Assembly: GCA_964035545.1 (NCBI GenBank)
Contig: CAXIUT010000211.1
Location: 1-10,368, forward strand
Origin: Bugula neritina
Taxonomy: Eukaryota; Animalia; Bryozoa
DNA: 10,368 nt
Direction of reading: 5' to 3'
A model generated the notes under the pieces. That model was not told the DNA's origin, did no database searches, and saw only the letters and a list, made by a program, of their open reading frames with translations. Shown piece after piece: positions 1-10,368 of this stretch (positions within the stretch are counted from its first letter, which is position 1; the number at the start of each line of letters is the position of its first letter). Made by a program: the position numbers and the translations under genes.

Positions 1-70
1 CCCAACCCCAACCCCAACCCCAACCCCAACCCCAACCCCAACCCCAACCCCAACCCCAACCCCAACCCCA
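1..70 (+). repeat. Left telomere, (CCCCAA)n
   Basis: Uninterrupted CCCCAA tandem array from base 1 to 70, C-rich strand at the 5' end. This is the C4A2/T2G4 ciliate telomere repeat known from Tetrahymena. Confidence 0.97.
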
Positions 71-3000
71 CTATAAACTCTTCTATTTTTAAGTAATTAG
101 TTTTGAATAAATATGTTTAATAGAATTAGAAATGTTTATCAAACACTTCTAGAAGAGGAAACCTACCTGATATTATATTGCTATACTTTGTGGAGAAGTA
201 ACTAATTTATTCGGGATAATATAAATAATTGAAAAAATAGTTACTAAAATTAATCAATGTAGCATCAAAAAAGGAAATTAAAGATCGAATCAGCTTATTA
301 TTAGTAAAAAAATACTAATTATTCTAAAATAAATATTTATTTATTTTTCTGTTTATTTTATTGATTGTTTTCTTTCTTATCTGGCAACTTATTTTTGTTA
401 GAAAATTTTATTAACTTATAGAAATGAACTTTTTAAAATGAAAGAACTTATATAAATGCACTCGATATTTTTATTGGTTGAAACTTAAACACTATATTAA
501 TGAAAGAAGAGTAATTTTTTTATCCAGCTAAGTAAATTGATCGTCTTAAGTCACTTTAGAAATACAAAGTTTGCTTTATAGATCTAATTGGTCTATATGA
601 AAAGGCGCTGTCTTTAGAAACTACAAACAGCAACTTGAAAACTCATCCAATAAATAAAAGAAAACCAAAGAGGGCTGGTAAATATTCAAGACAGAAAGAA
701 TAAAAAAGTTAACAGAATAAATATGTAAAGAACTTAAGTCTGTTATACATAGAAGAAGATCATAAATATCATTTATTGGTGTAGTAGTGATTGGAATGTA
801 AAAAATATCAACTAAAGAAAAAGAAGAAAAGGAAAAGGAAAAAGATAATGGTCATTCAGGAGAATAGTAAAAGAAAATATCAGAAAATGGAGAAATCCTA
901 AGGATAAGATAGTCAGAATAAAAATGTGAACAATAGAGATAAATAAAAGAAGAAGTAATCAAAAGACTGAAAGGTTATTTGCAATAACTATACATTGAGA
1001 CAAAATAACTTCAACTTTTCGATATCTTTACGAAAGAATTCGAAAACTGCCTTTATACTCCTAGAGTCGAATAAATGGGAACTGGAATGCCTCTTTTGGT
1101 TTAAGTTGACGATATTGGTGGAAGAACTATGATAAAAACAGAAAAATTAATGCTAACTCACTAGTAGTTTTATTCAGAAATAGTAACTAAATAAAGTTCA
1201 AAAAAACTTTCCAATAATAGTCATAGATGGAGATGATTATTTAGATCATGAATCAATATATAAAGAATATTTCGAATAACTAGATTAAATAGATGAAGGT
1301 AAAACATAAAATAAAAATCACTGTAAAAGAATAAACAACTGTTTGATGGAGATTGGAAAGGTCCTTTTTTCTGTTTCCTTTGAAGAAGTAATTATAATTT
1401 TGGAAGAGTAAAAACTAACAAGAAAATAGTTTTAATATCTTGAAGATAATATGAAAATGATTGAAAAAGACATGGAAATAAAAATGGAATAAAAAACTTC
1501 AATAAAACAACTAAAAATAACTTGAAAAAAGATGAACAATTTTTAACAATCTAGAAAAATAACTATTTTTATTGTTCTTTATGATTATTCAGAACGTTAT
1601 AAAGATCATACTTTAAGAAAAATTATTAACCTCTACTAAGAAAATTAGATAGATGCATTTTATGGATTTGATTTTCGATACGCTTAAATAGGAATTCCAA
1701 TGATACTAGATATTTAGTCAACAGAATTAGATGTGATTGACTGTTGGAAATTAGAATAAAGTAGAAAAAAACTTTCAAAGTGGATTAAAAATATTCTAAA
1801 AATAGTTTAAAATAACTTGTTAAATATCGCAGTCAACTCTTATAATAACAAACATAAAGATTACTTTTAGTAGTTCAAAGAAAATATAAAAATATATGCT
1901 CGAGTTCTTCTTCTAAGTGTGTCTCTTGGGGAATAAATAAACCTAGAAGTCGATAAAAAATTAATTAAAAAAGTTTCTAACATATTTACACACAAATTGA
2001 ATTAATATTATCAATACAGAATAAAGCTTATTTGTTAGTTTAAAAATTGCTTTAATCGAAATAGAATAAAATATGAAAAACATAAAAAATAAATAATATA
2101 AAAACAAAAAATAGCCTAAAAATCTTATTAGCTAACTTCCAAAGTCAATATGGAAGAAGTTAAATTGTGTTATATTGATATGAGAAGTTTTATTGCTCCA
2201 TAAATTTAAAAAATAAAAAAAATTTATTTTTTCAGCACAGTTATTCGTCAAAAAATATAGGTTATTTAATAAGCTAAGTGATTTAGCATTTCAAACATCC
2301 TTTCACAAGAAAAATAGAGAAAATATCAAAAGAAAAAACATAATTTATAGCAATAATAGATGGAAATATACTTGTGAACTAAAAATATCTTGAAAGAACT
2401 GTTAAAGATAAAGTAAAAGAATATTATCAGAATAAATAATAAAAATCACAAAAAATATCTAAGTAAAAAAAAATGGTTTAATAAAAATTAGAAATAAGAA
2501 GCGTAGAATAAAAAACTGAACGAAGTTTATCAGAACAAAATAATCGATAAACTTCTGTAAAATTATAAATATGTCTTGATAAATCAATACTAGGTTAATT
2601 TAAATCATTGCTTCTCTCTTAATAAAAAGATTATTGTTGGAGAATAAAAGAATAGTTTGAAAAACATTTCTAGATTTTACCTTATGAATAATTCTAAAAT
2701 AGTAAAGGAAAAGAATAAGAATAAGAATAATATAATTCTTAGAGTTAAGAATCTTAATCATCTGATGAAGAGTCCGAATACGATAGTGGTTAATAATGGG
2801 CTGAATTTTATAGATTAGAAGAAAAGAAAATAAAATAGAAATATATCAGAGGCTTTATTAACTAAATATTGGATATTCTATTGAAGAATAACATAAAAAC
2901 AACTATTCTTTATGGATAACTTGAAGATAAAATATGTTATCTTCAGAAATAAAAATAAAATTAAAAATTAATCTTCATTCATCTTTTTAGATTCTTTGAA

Positions 3001-3166
3001 TCCTTAATTCCTAGAGAATAAAAACATACGACTGATAAATTATCAAAAAAAACATTATTCCTAAGGAAGTTATGTATTTGCTGAAAAAACATAAATAAAC
3101 TTAATAAGCTAAATAAAAAAAGAAAATAGCATAAATGAGAAAAAAGAAAAGAAAAGAAAAAGAAGA

Positions 3167-3193
3167 GAAATAGAAATAGAAATAGAAATAGAA
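3167..3193 (+). repeat. (GAAATA)4 microsatellite ending a purine-rich tract
   Basis: GAAATA x4 plus GAA seen directly. It reads as KEKEKEKE (AAA TAG) or EIEIEIE depending on frame. Confidence 0.8.
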
Positions 3194-3194
3194 A

Positions 3195-3227
3195 AACCCC
3201 AACCCCAACCCCAAGTACCAAAACCCC
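3195..3227 (+). repeat. Short interstitial telomere-like repeat (AACCCC)3AA followed by a degenerate copy
   Basis: AACCCCAACCCCAACCCCAA at 3195-3214, then GTACCAAAACCCC. Same orientation as the left telomere. Confidence 0.75.
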
Positions 3228-4142
3228 TTTAAAATGATGATTTATAGTATTTTGATTGGTTTAATTAATATTTAATTTATGAATATAATAAAAATAACAA
3301 AACAAAAAAGAAATAGTACAAAATAAAGACAATAGCCTTTTCAAAGGGTAATTCAATATCAATTACTTATTTTTTAACTAATATTTTATACAAATATAAT
3401 ATATGAGCAATAATATATTTTATAAATCATCTATAAAATTTGGATCTATCAGGAATGGTTTTTTTCAGAATTTGATATTTTATGCTTTTGAAAAGGAAAG
3501 TGCATCACTTTGGAATTTCATATTCGATATTGCCATTTTACTACAATACTTTTCGATATTTAAAGCTGAGAAACCTGAATATTAATTGTAATAAAAAGTT
3601 ATATAAGAATAATTATTTAATTTAAATCATCAGTTGGTTTGGAAATCAAAAGGCTAAAATACAATTGCTAAATATCTGAGACCACAAACAAAGAAACAAT
3701 ACAACATAATTAACAAAAGACTTGTTGGAGATAAATAAAAGTTATACAAAGGCGCAAAATAAATAGAATAATAATAGAAGCAAAGAAAAATATACCAAAA
3801 TTGAGTAAGCAAAGGAAATAAACAGACTCTTTATCATAACAAAGAAACAAAAATAAAGATATTATTTCTAAGTAATCTACAAAGATAAATGATAAAGATT
3901 GATATTAATTTGTTTTGAATGAACAAACTAAAGATGAAAAAAGGAAAGAATATTTAAATAAAAAGAATTTAAAGCCTTTTAAATCGGAAGACTAGAAAAA
4001 ATGATTCTCATTCATATCATTGTTAAATAATCAACTTAAAAATTTAACCTCGTTTTGATAATAACTATCTAATTCATTTTGTATTATTATTTTATAGTTA
4101 TTAACTTATCTCAAGTTGATAATATTCTGATTATTTGAAAAT

Positions 4143-4792
4143 ATGCCTAAACTTTCTAAATTCAAAGTGGTTCTCGTAGGCGATCAAAACGTAGGAAAAA
4201 CTTCCATAATATCTAGATTCATTCACGATTCCTTCGAATTCACCTCCAACGTACTCCCATCTTCACCCAGCCCACTGTCGGTATCGACTTCGTCACCAAA
4301 ACAATGCAAATATAAGGTTAAACTCTCAGACTACAACTCTGGGACACAGCCGGACAGTAACGTTTCAGAGCACTCATCCCTTCATACGTAAGAGATGCCG
4401 ATACCTGTTTGATAGTAGTTGATGTTAGCATCAGAGCATCTCTGGAAGGAGTTGATAAATGGCTTGATTTTGTCAGATAATCAAGAGGACCTGACGCCCT
4501 GATCTTCATCGTAGGAAATAAATCCGATATCGCATAAAGAGAAGTATCAAAAAAAGAAATGGATGAATATGCCTAAAAGAATAGATATCCGTATATTGAA
4601 GTATCAGCCAAAAGTGGAACAAACATCCATCTTCTTTTCAGAAAAATAGCCTAAAAACTAATCGAATCAAAACCAGGAGTAGCCAAATAATCCTAATCAG
4701 TCAAAAAGTAATAATAACCTAAAGTACAACCATCTATATCATTGAAAGCATAACAAATCAATTAAGAAACCAATAAAAAATGTCAATGTTGA
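4143..4792 (+). CDS. RAB6: Rab6-like small GTPase, 209 aa; exons 4143-4250 and 4271-4792
   Basis: G1 GDQNVGKTS; effector PTVGIDF after removing a 20-nt intron; G3 LQLWDTAGQ(TAA=E)RFRALIPSYVRD, where LIPSY is typical of Rab6; G4 GNKSD; G5 EVSAK; C-terminal CQC prenylation motif then TGA at 4790-4792. Spliced length is 630 nt. Confidence 0.93.
4251..4270 (+). other. 20-nt spliceosomal intron in the Rab gene
   Basis: gtactcccatcttcacccag. Removal joins ...FEFTSN to PTVGIDF and restores the conserved GTPase frame. Confidence 0.93.
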
Positions 4793-4824
4793 TAGTTATG
4801 GATATATTTGATATTGAATCGCTA

Positions 4825-5527
4825 TCACGTAGAATTTGCTGGTATCGAATTTACAGAAGTCGTACCCGATGGCGTACTTGAGTCTGTATTTGAATTTGCA
4901 GTTGAAAAGGTTTCCTGTTAGGCTGGTGTCTAAACCTTCTCTCCTGTTGTTGAAGTTGAAGCTGCAAGTCCTTGAGGATTTTAATGGTTATCAGTTTTTC
5001 CTGAGAAAACTCCAAGACCCCAAAGAATCAATGCAGTAATAGCAAGTAAAGCCAATACTCCGAGTAAAATCCACAACCAAGAAGGACATCCCTTCTTAGA
5101 TTAAACATCTGCACTGCCTCTAGCTTCTGAGTTGTATCTTGAACCTTGAGATTTGACAGGAGCTTCATGGATAGCTGATGATTTGTACTCTCTTGGTTGT
5201 TCAACAACATTGTTGTTTTTAACTTAAATCATTTGAGGAGGTTGAGAAGGTGCAACGTATGAAGTTTGAGAAGGAGCCACATAAGAATTGTTGACTCTAG
5301 CAGCAACAGGCACTGGTTCTGGTCTTGATCAATCAATTAATACCTCATAACAGATTGAGTATAGTTGACTTTAGGAGGTGATTGAGACTGATTGAAGCTG
5401 ACTCTTGGAGCTGCAGCATAAGATCCATGAACAGGGACATTTTGATTGGCAAGACTGAATGTTAATAGAAATACGGACTACCATAACGAGGTTAGTAAGA
5501 ACTGTAGTTTACTTGGGGATTTGACAT
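4825..5527 (-). CDS. Hypothetical single-pass membrane protein, 220 aa; exons 5527-5475, 5454-5344, 5323-4825
   Basis: MSNPQVNYSSYEPRYGSPLANQ... is an S/P/V/N/Q/Y-rich N-terminal region. It is followed by KKGCPSWLWILLGVLALLAITALILWGLGVF (hydrophobic helix) and an S/T-rich tail. An in-frame TGA lies just upstream of the ATG and the stop is TGA at 4827-4825. Spliced length is 663 nt. Confidence 0.82.
5324..5343 (-). other. 20-nt intron 2 of the membrane protein gene
   Basis: gtattaattgattgatcaag. Removal restores the frame. Confidence 0.82.
5455..5474 (-). other. 20-nt intron 1 of the membrane protein gene
   Basis: gtatttctattaacattcag. Removal joins the ATG exon to the long frame. Confidence 0.8.
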
Positions 5528-5692
5528 CTTTCAGATATGTTAGAATTATAAATATTCAGTTATGGATTTCATTTCAACTGACATCCCCAATAATTTTATT
5601 TACATCAATAAAAATACTGAAAGTTATCATAAAAACATCATCTTCACCTTAAATAATAAAAACATAACTTAGATAATGATTTGATGAATAGA

Positions 5693-6631
<939 letters not shown>

Positions 6632-6668
6632 TTATCAATATATTATTATGATATATTTATTGCATCTA

Positions 6669-7634
6669 TCATAGATCTATCGCTCTTGATAACTTCTGAA
6701 TCTGATTGAGTAAATGATCTCCTTTCTTGAGACTTGTTTTGTACAGTCGATTTCGTTCATCAGATGGATCAGTTTCAATAATTCCAGATACTTTGTCAAT
6801 TTTACATGGCAACCTCCTCGCACTGATCAACTCAGATAACTCGCGATCAATGAAATCAACAGATACTCCAAATTCATTCGCCATCGATGACAATTTAACA
6901 GTTTTGTAAGACTACAAAAATTGAGAATAGATAACCACTCTAGTTTCCCTCACGAAATATCTCAAATGACATCGCATATAAGCATCATTTTTAACCATAT
7001 CGATGATTTAAACAAATTTCTAGAAAAATTCTTTATACCTACATGAATAAAAAGCATCAATATAACTTTTAATCAAAGGCAACTTCATCAAATAAACAAT
7101 AGCCTCAGATGAATCGATGATTTTCTTTTTAATACTAACACGATCCATATTGAGTATACCTGTCAACACGCTATAAGTAATCAATTTTTAGTAAGTCATA
7201 ACTTAGGGACTATTGAATGTAGGTATCACATCGACAAATAGAGCACTTGCTTTTTCAAAATCTCTCACTAGTAACCTGTAAATTCCCTAATATACTTTAA
7301 GTTTATTTTTACGTTACCAATCTCCTCCCTTCTCAAGCAATTTATAACATTCATCAATGTTTTATTTAATTTTGTTATGGTTGTCCTGCTTGAGATAGAT
7401 GTTTATCAAACTAAAAGCAATGTCCATCTTCTTACCTATTTCAATCGTCTTCTTAAGAGCTAAGTTAAAAGTAGTTATAGCCTATTCAAGATGATTATGA
7501 TCTTTGTAAAGCTCAGCTTTAGAGAGTAAAGCATCTCTGATTTAGGTTTATCCAAAATTTTACTAAGCATCTTTGATTTTCTAATCAATTTCTTTTAACA
7601 ATTCCTCAAAAGATTTCTAAATCTCCATCGCCAT
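6669..7634 (-). CDS. RPN7: 26S proteasome regulatory (lid) subunit RPN7/PSMD6, 321 aa, intronless
   Basis: DAEENFGETEIRDA, GGDWERKNKLKVYEG, YSQFLESYK, FGVSVDFIDRELS, CKIDKV and KKGDHLLNQIQKLSR match RPN7 and its PCI domain as I recall them. 966 nt open with TAR=Glu; stop TGA at 6671-6669. Confidence 0.96.
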
Positions 7635-7715
7635 TTGAATTATTTTTAAATAATATCAATCTTTATCACTATCAAATACTATCAAATACAAATTTTATGA
7701 TTATCAAATAAACTA

Positions 7716-9529
7716 TCAACCAGGAAACTGCTTACGTGATAGCTACAGCTGCTCATCAATTTTCTTCAAAAAATCAGAATTATCACCTCCAGTTATAGAA
7801 CCACTCATCGGGACACTATTATAAGCATTAGGTAAATTACTTGCTGGTAAGCTAGCTGGCAATCCAGAATTAATTGACACATTGCCGTTGACCTGCTTAG
7901 AGAATTGAGTTGTTGTGGTTGTTGAGTTAAATGATGTAGGATAAGTTGGTAGATTGGGATTTGTTAAGTTCATTGTGTTTTGGATTTGAGGGATGTTTAC
8001 TGCAGCTGGACGGACTATCTGACTTGATGGAGGTTGGATTATTTGATTTGATGGAGGTTGGTATATTTGATGTTGAGTGACAGTTCCTGATGTTTGTCCA
8101 GTAACATAGATAGGTGGTTGATTGTTATTTGATGCATATTTGTTGAAATATCCTTCTTGACTTTGAACTGATGGTTGTAGTTGACTTTGAACTGATGGAG
8201 GCAGCCCGCTTCCTGTTTTAAACTTCATATCTTGTCCTATTGCATGGTCTATTGAAGAATTTCCATCAAATCTAACAGCAGAACTAACCGGTCTATCCAT
8301 AACAACGCTTGGTCCAACATTGTATTTTGGTTCAATAGAGCTAACTACATTAGTTTTAGGTGGAATAATAACTTGAGGCTGAGGCATACTTATCGGTCTA
8401 GAATTGACAACATCCATCTGGTTCATATGATTCATCTGGTTCATCTGATTCATTTGATTCATTTGGTTCATCTGATTAATCTGGTTCATTTGGGGAAGAT
8501 TAATTTCCATAACAGGCGCATTCTATATTTGCATCTAACTAACTAAAAACATACTTGAGGTGGTTGATTCTGTCCAATTAGATGCACTTCAGGCAAATTC
8601 AAATTTCTATGATCAAATTCCTTCAAATTAAGTATTTCATTTTGATATGGTCTCAATATCTACTCAACATACAAACTACTCATCCTCTCCTGTTCATAAG
8701 GATGTGTCATATACCACACAATATTCTTCAATGAAGTGCTATAGCATCGATTACTATTGCCCTCACCAACAAATTGCAAATTCATCCACTCATCTATCCT
8801 TCGACTCAATGTCTCCATATCAAGACTACTATGCTCCACTGAGTATAACTATTGAGCCCTGAAGAGCAGTCCAGCCTGAAGAAGAGTCAAACCGATCGAA
8901 AACGATTAACTCTTGACTAAATTTGTTGTATTATCCTGATTTCCACGAGCAATCAACTGCATTTCCTCAGGAGATAGATAAGTTAGAATACGTTCGAATG
9001 CTGTCTTCTAGAAATTTGTTTTTTAGTGAGGCCAACTGTATAAATTAGCTATTTTGATTTGTCCCTACTAGTTGATAAAGATGTTGTATGGCCTCACATC
9101 TCCTATTTTGCTCTAAAGGCGACTGAAATCTCTAGCTGAACTCACCAAACTATACAGCAAGTACCATAGTTACTCTTCCTCGAAATGTTTTCCCATCTAA
9201 ATTCGATTATCAATTTCCTCTTCAAATAGATATGGATAGTTTTCGTAGAATATTCTGACAGCACCAGCTGTCCCACAGAATCCCTTGCTTTTATATTAAT
9301 GTTTATTAGGTAGCAAAAGAGTATCCCTATCCTCAAAAGAGTATAATCTCTTAAGATCATTATCCCATTTCTTGAGATCTTTTTCACTTTAGATTTCCAT
9401 AACGATTTCAAGGAGATCTTCAGGTTCATGATAGATGAAATGGTTGAATTTCTCATGTTTGATATCGATATCGTTCATAGGATTTTCCTTGTTCCTGTTT
9501 GCCTGTTCCTTCTTATTCTCGTTTCCCAT
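7716..9529 (-). CDS. Protein kinase-like protein (probable pseudokinase) with a long Q/N/S/P-rich low-complexity tail, 597 aa; exons 9529-8555 and 8534-7716
   Basis: Kinase C-lobe-like motifs HFEEEELWYLL, KIGDVRPYNIFINEEGQIKIANL, TYLSPEE, KSESFSIGLTLL and ERMSS. N-terminus is MGNENKK. I checked exon 1 for in-frame TGA and found none. Ends DFLKKIDEQLELSRKQFPG-TGA. Spliced length is 1794 nt. Confidence 0.88.
8415..8492 (-). repeat. Coding 9-nt tandem repeat encoding (QMN)n
   Basis: Translates QMNQINQMNQMNQMNQMNQMNHMNQM, with synonymous variation between units. Confidence 0.9.
8535..8554 (-). other. 20-nt intron in the pseudokinase gene
   Basis: gtatgtttttagttagttag. Of its three AG ends (12, 16 and 20 nt) only the 20-nt one restores the frame. 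Confidence 0.85.
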
Positions 9530-9577
9530 TTATGCACTTAAAATAAAAATAAAAATATCTTAATAATATCAATAAAA

Positions 9578-10250
9578 TCAACTTCTCCGTCTACGATATA
9601 TCCGCAACTCCTCCTTAACTATCTACAACTCCAAACTCATGTTCTAACGCTACTACTACCACCCTCGACTTCTACTCTAAACATTCGATATATAATCCAT
9701 CAATTCTTCTATCTTTTTTGTCGATTTACGATGCTCCTCTCCAAATTACTGTAACATCTTATCATACATCTATAGATATTTATTTTTATTGATTTATTTT
9801 ATCGAAGAAGATGGATTTTATAAAGCCAATTTGTCAGAATATGACCTCTTTATACGAGAAAAATATAAACCCATCTGCTAACTATCTCATCAACTATGTA
9901 CATCTGCTATTGGTAACTCTTTATCAACTACTCCAGCTATTTTTTTAGACATATGTTTTACTACTACAGACCTCTTTCTCTATTCCTTATCTCGTTTTAT
10001 ACTCCCTGATTGACTTTGTTTATTGATTTCTTCTTGCTTTATAGCATTATTAGTACTCAGAATGAAGGTCGGCACCTGAAGCCTGATTAGATAGATATTG
10101 ATTTTAGTCAATAAAGGTTCTAAGTTTTTGGTTTTCTTGTTGAAGGTCAAGAATAGTACGTTCATAGCTCTGTTTTTAGTTATTATGAGTAGTTTATTGT
10201 TTAGATAGCTTAGATTTTAGAGTGGCTACTTGTTGCTATAGTTATTTCAT
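9578..10250 (-). CDS. Hypothetical coiled-coil protein, 210 aa; exons 10250-10057, 10036-9902, 9881-9578
   Basis: MKELEQQVATLKSKLSKQE...LDLQQENQKLR...GLEEENICLKKELEELIKSYQEQIEQM...LELEIVKEELRIYRRRRS-TGA. Heptad-like, E/K/L-rich. Two 20-nt introns give 633 nt. Confidence 0.75.
9882..9901 (-). other. 20-nt intron 2 of the coiled-coil gene
   Basis: gtacatagttgatgagatag. Frame-restoring and fits GTAY/A(-6). Alternative frame-restoring GT-AG pairs exist nearby. Confidence 0.68.
10037..10056 (-). other. 20-nt intron 1 of the coiled-coil gene
   Basis: gtactaataatgctataaag. Frame-restoring and fits GTAY/A(-6). One adjacent alternative exists. Confidence 0.7.
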
Positions 10251-10281
10251 TATTTTATACTATATTTGAATATCAAATTAA

Positions 10282-10368
10282 GGGGTTGGGGTTGGGGTTG
10301 GGGTTGGGGTTGGGGTTGGGGTTGGGGTTGGGGTTGGGGTTGGGGTTGGGGTTGGGGTTGGGGTTGGG
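10282..10368 (+). repeat. Right telomere, (GGGGTT)n
   Basis: Uninterrupted GGGGTT array to the end of the window, G-rich strand at the 3' end. Confidence 0.97.

Larger units (their letters stand above)
71..4004 (+). pseudogene. Large degenerate K/E/N/I-rich protein-coding region of unknown family (5'-truncated, with frameshifts and in-frame TGAs)
   Basis: With TAR=Glu there are long TGA-free + strand stretches: frame 1 at 601-1233 (211 codons), frame 2 at 1202-1522 and 1526-2278 (251 codons), frame 1 at ~2701-3081 and 3403-3801. They read as protein, e.g. the acidic run KEEEEEEYNSESEESESSDEESEYDSGEEWAEF at ~2710-2808, which mixes GAA with TAA/TAG. The region is interrupted by TGA at 439, 538, 598, 1523, 2279 and 2375 and by frame changes near A-runs (~1200, ~3045). 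Boundaries and number of genes are uncertain. Confidence 0.5.

Noticed and set aside
439-2377. Context-dependent UGA (Trp/Cys read-through) to explain in-frame TGAs in the left region
   Set aside because: None of the six intact genes has an internal TGA and their Trp codons are TGG. Frame changes also occur in the left region. TAA>TGA or TGG>TGA decay is simpler.
1195-3060. Euplotes-style programmed +1 frameshifting at AAA-TAR
   Set aside because: AAA TAA is read in frame in the Rab, RPN7 and coiled-coil genes, and the left-region shifts share no consistent motif or direction.
3249-3263. Tetrahymena Cbs-like sequence (minus strand TAAACCAATCAAAAT) near the internal telomere-like repeat
   Set aside because: It has three mismatches in the conserved part of the Cbs consensus, and Cbs is normally eliminated from macronuclear DNA. 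Likely chance.
9848-10075. Alternative frame-restoring introns in the coiled-coil gene (10075-10056 gtgcc...gag, 9894-9875 gttga...cag, 23-nt 9870-9848)
   Set aside because: They lack the GTAY donor and the A at -6 shared by the better-anchored introns. They cannot be formally excluded without RNA data.

Overview
This window looks like a complete, telomere-to-telomere ~10.4-kb ciliate macronuclear minichromosome, with (CCCCAA)n at 1-70 and (GGGGTT)n at 10282-10368. The supplied standard-code ORF track is misleading. Conserved motifs in three recognisable proteins show that TAA and TAG both encode Glu and that TGA is the only stop (NCBI table 30, peritrich nuclear code). Retranslated, 4143-10250 holds six intact, tightly packed genes: a Rab6-like GTPase (+) and, on the minus strand, a single-pass membrane protein, a cathepsin L-like protease, an N-terminally short RPN7, a pseudokinase with a Q/N-rich tail, and a coiled-coil protein whose ATG is 31 nt from the telomere. 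Six inferred introns are all exactly 20 nt and share GTAY-N10-A-N3-AG, with an invariant A six bases from the 3' end. Intergenic gaps are 32-165 nt and a TGATA motif recurs at gene boundaries. The left ~4 kb is more AT-rich and looks like a large, 5'-truncated, decaying + strand gene containing a short telomere-like repeat. All translations were done by hand and no database searches were run.
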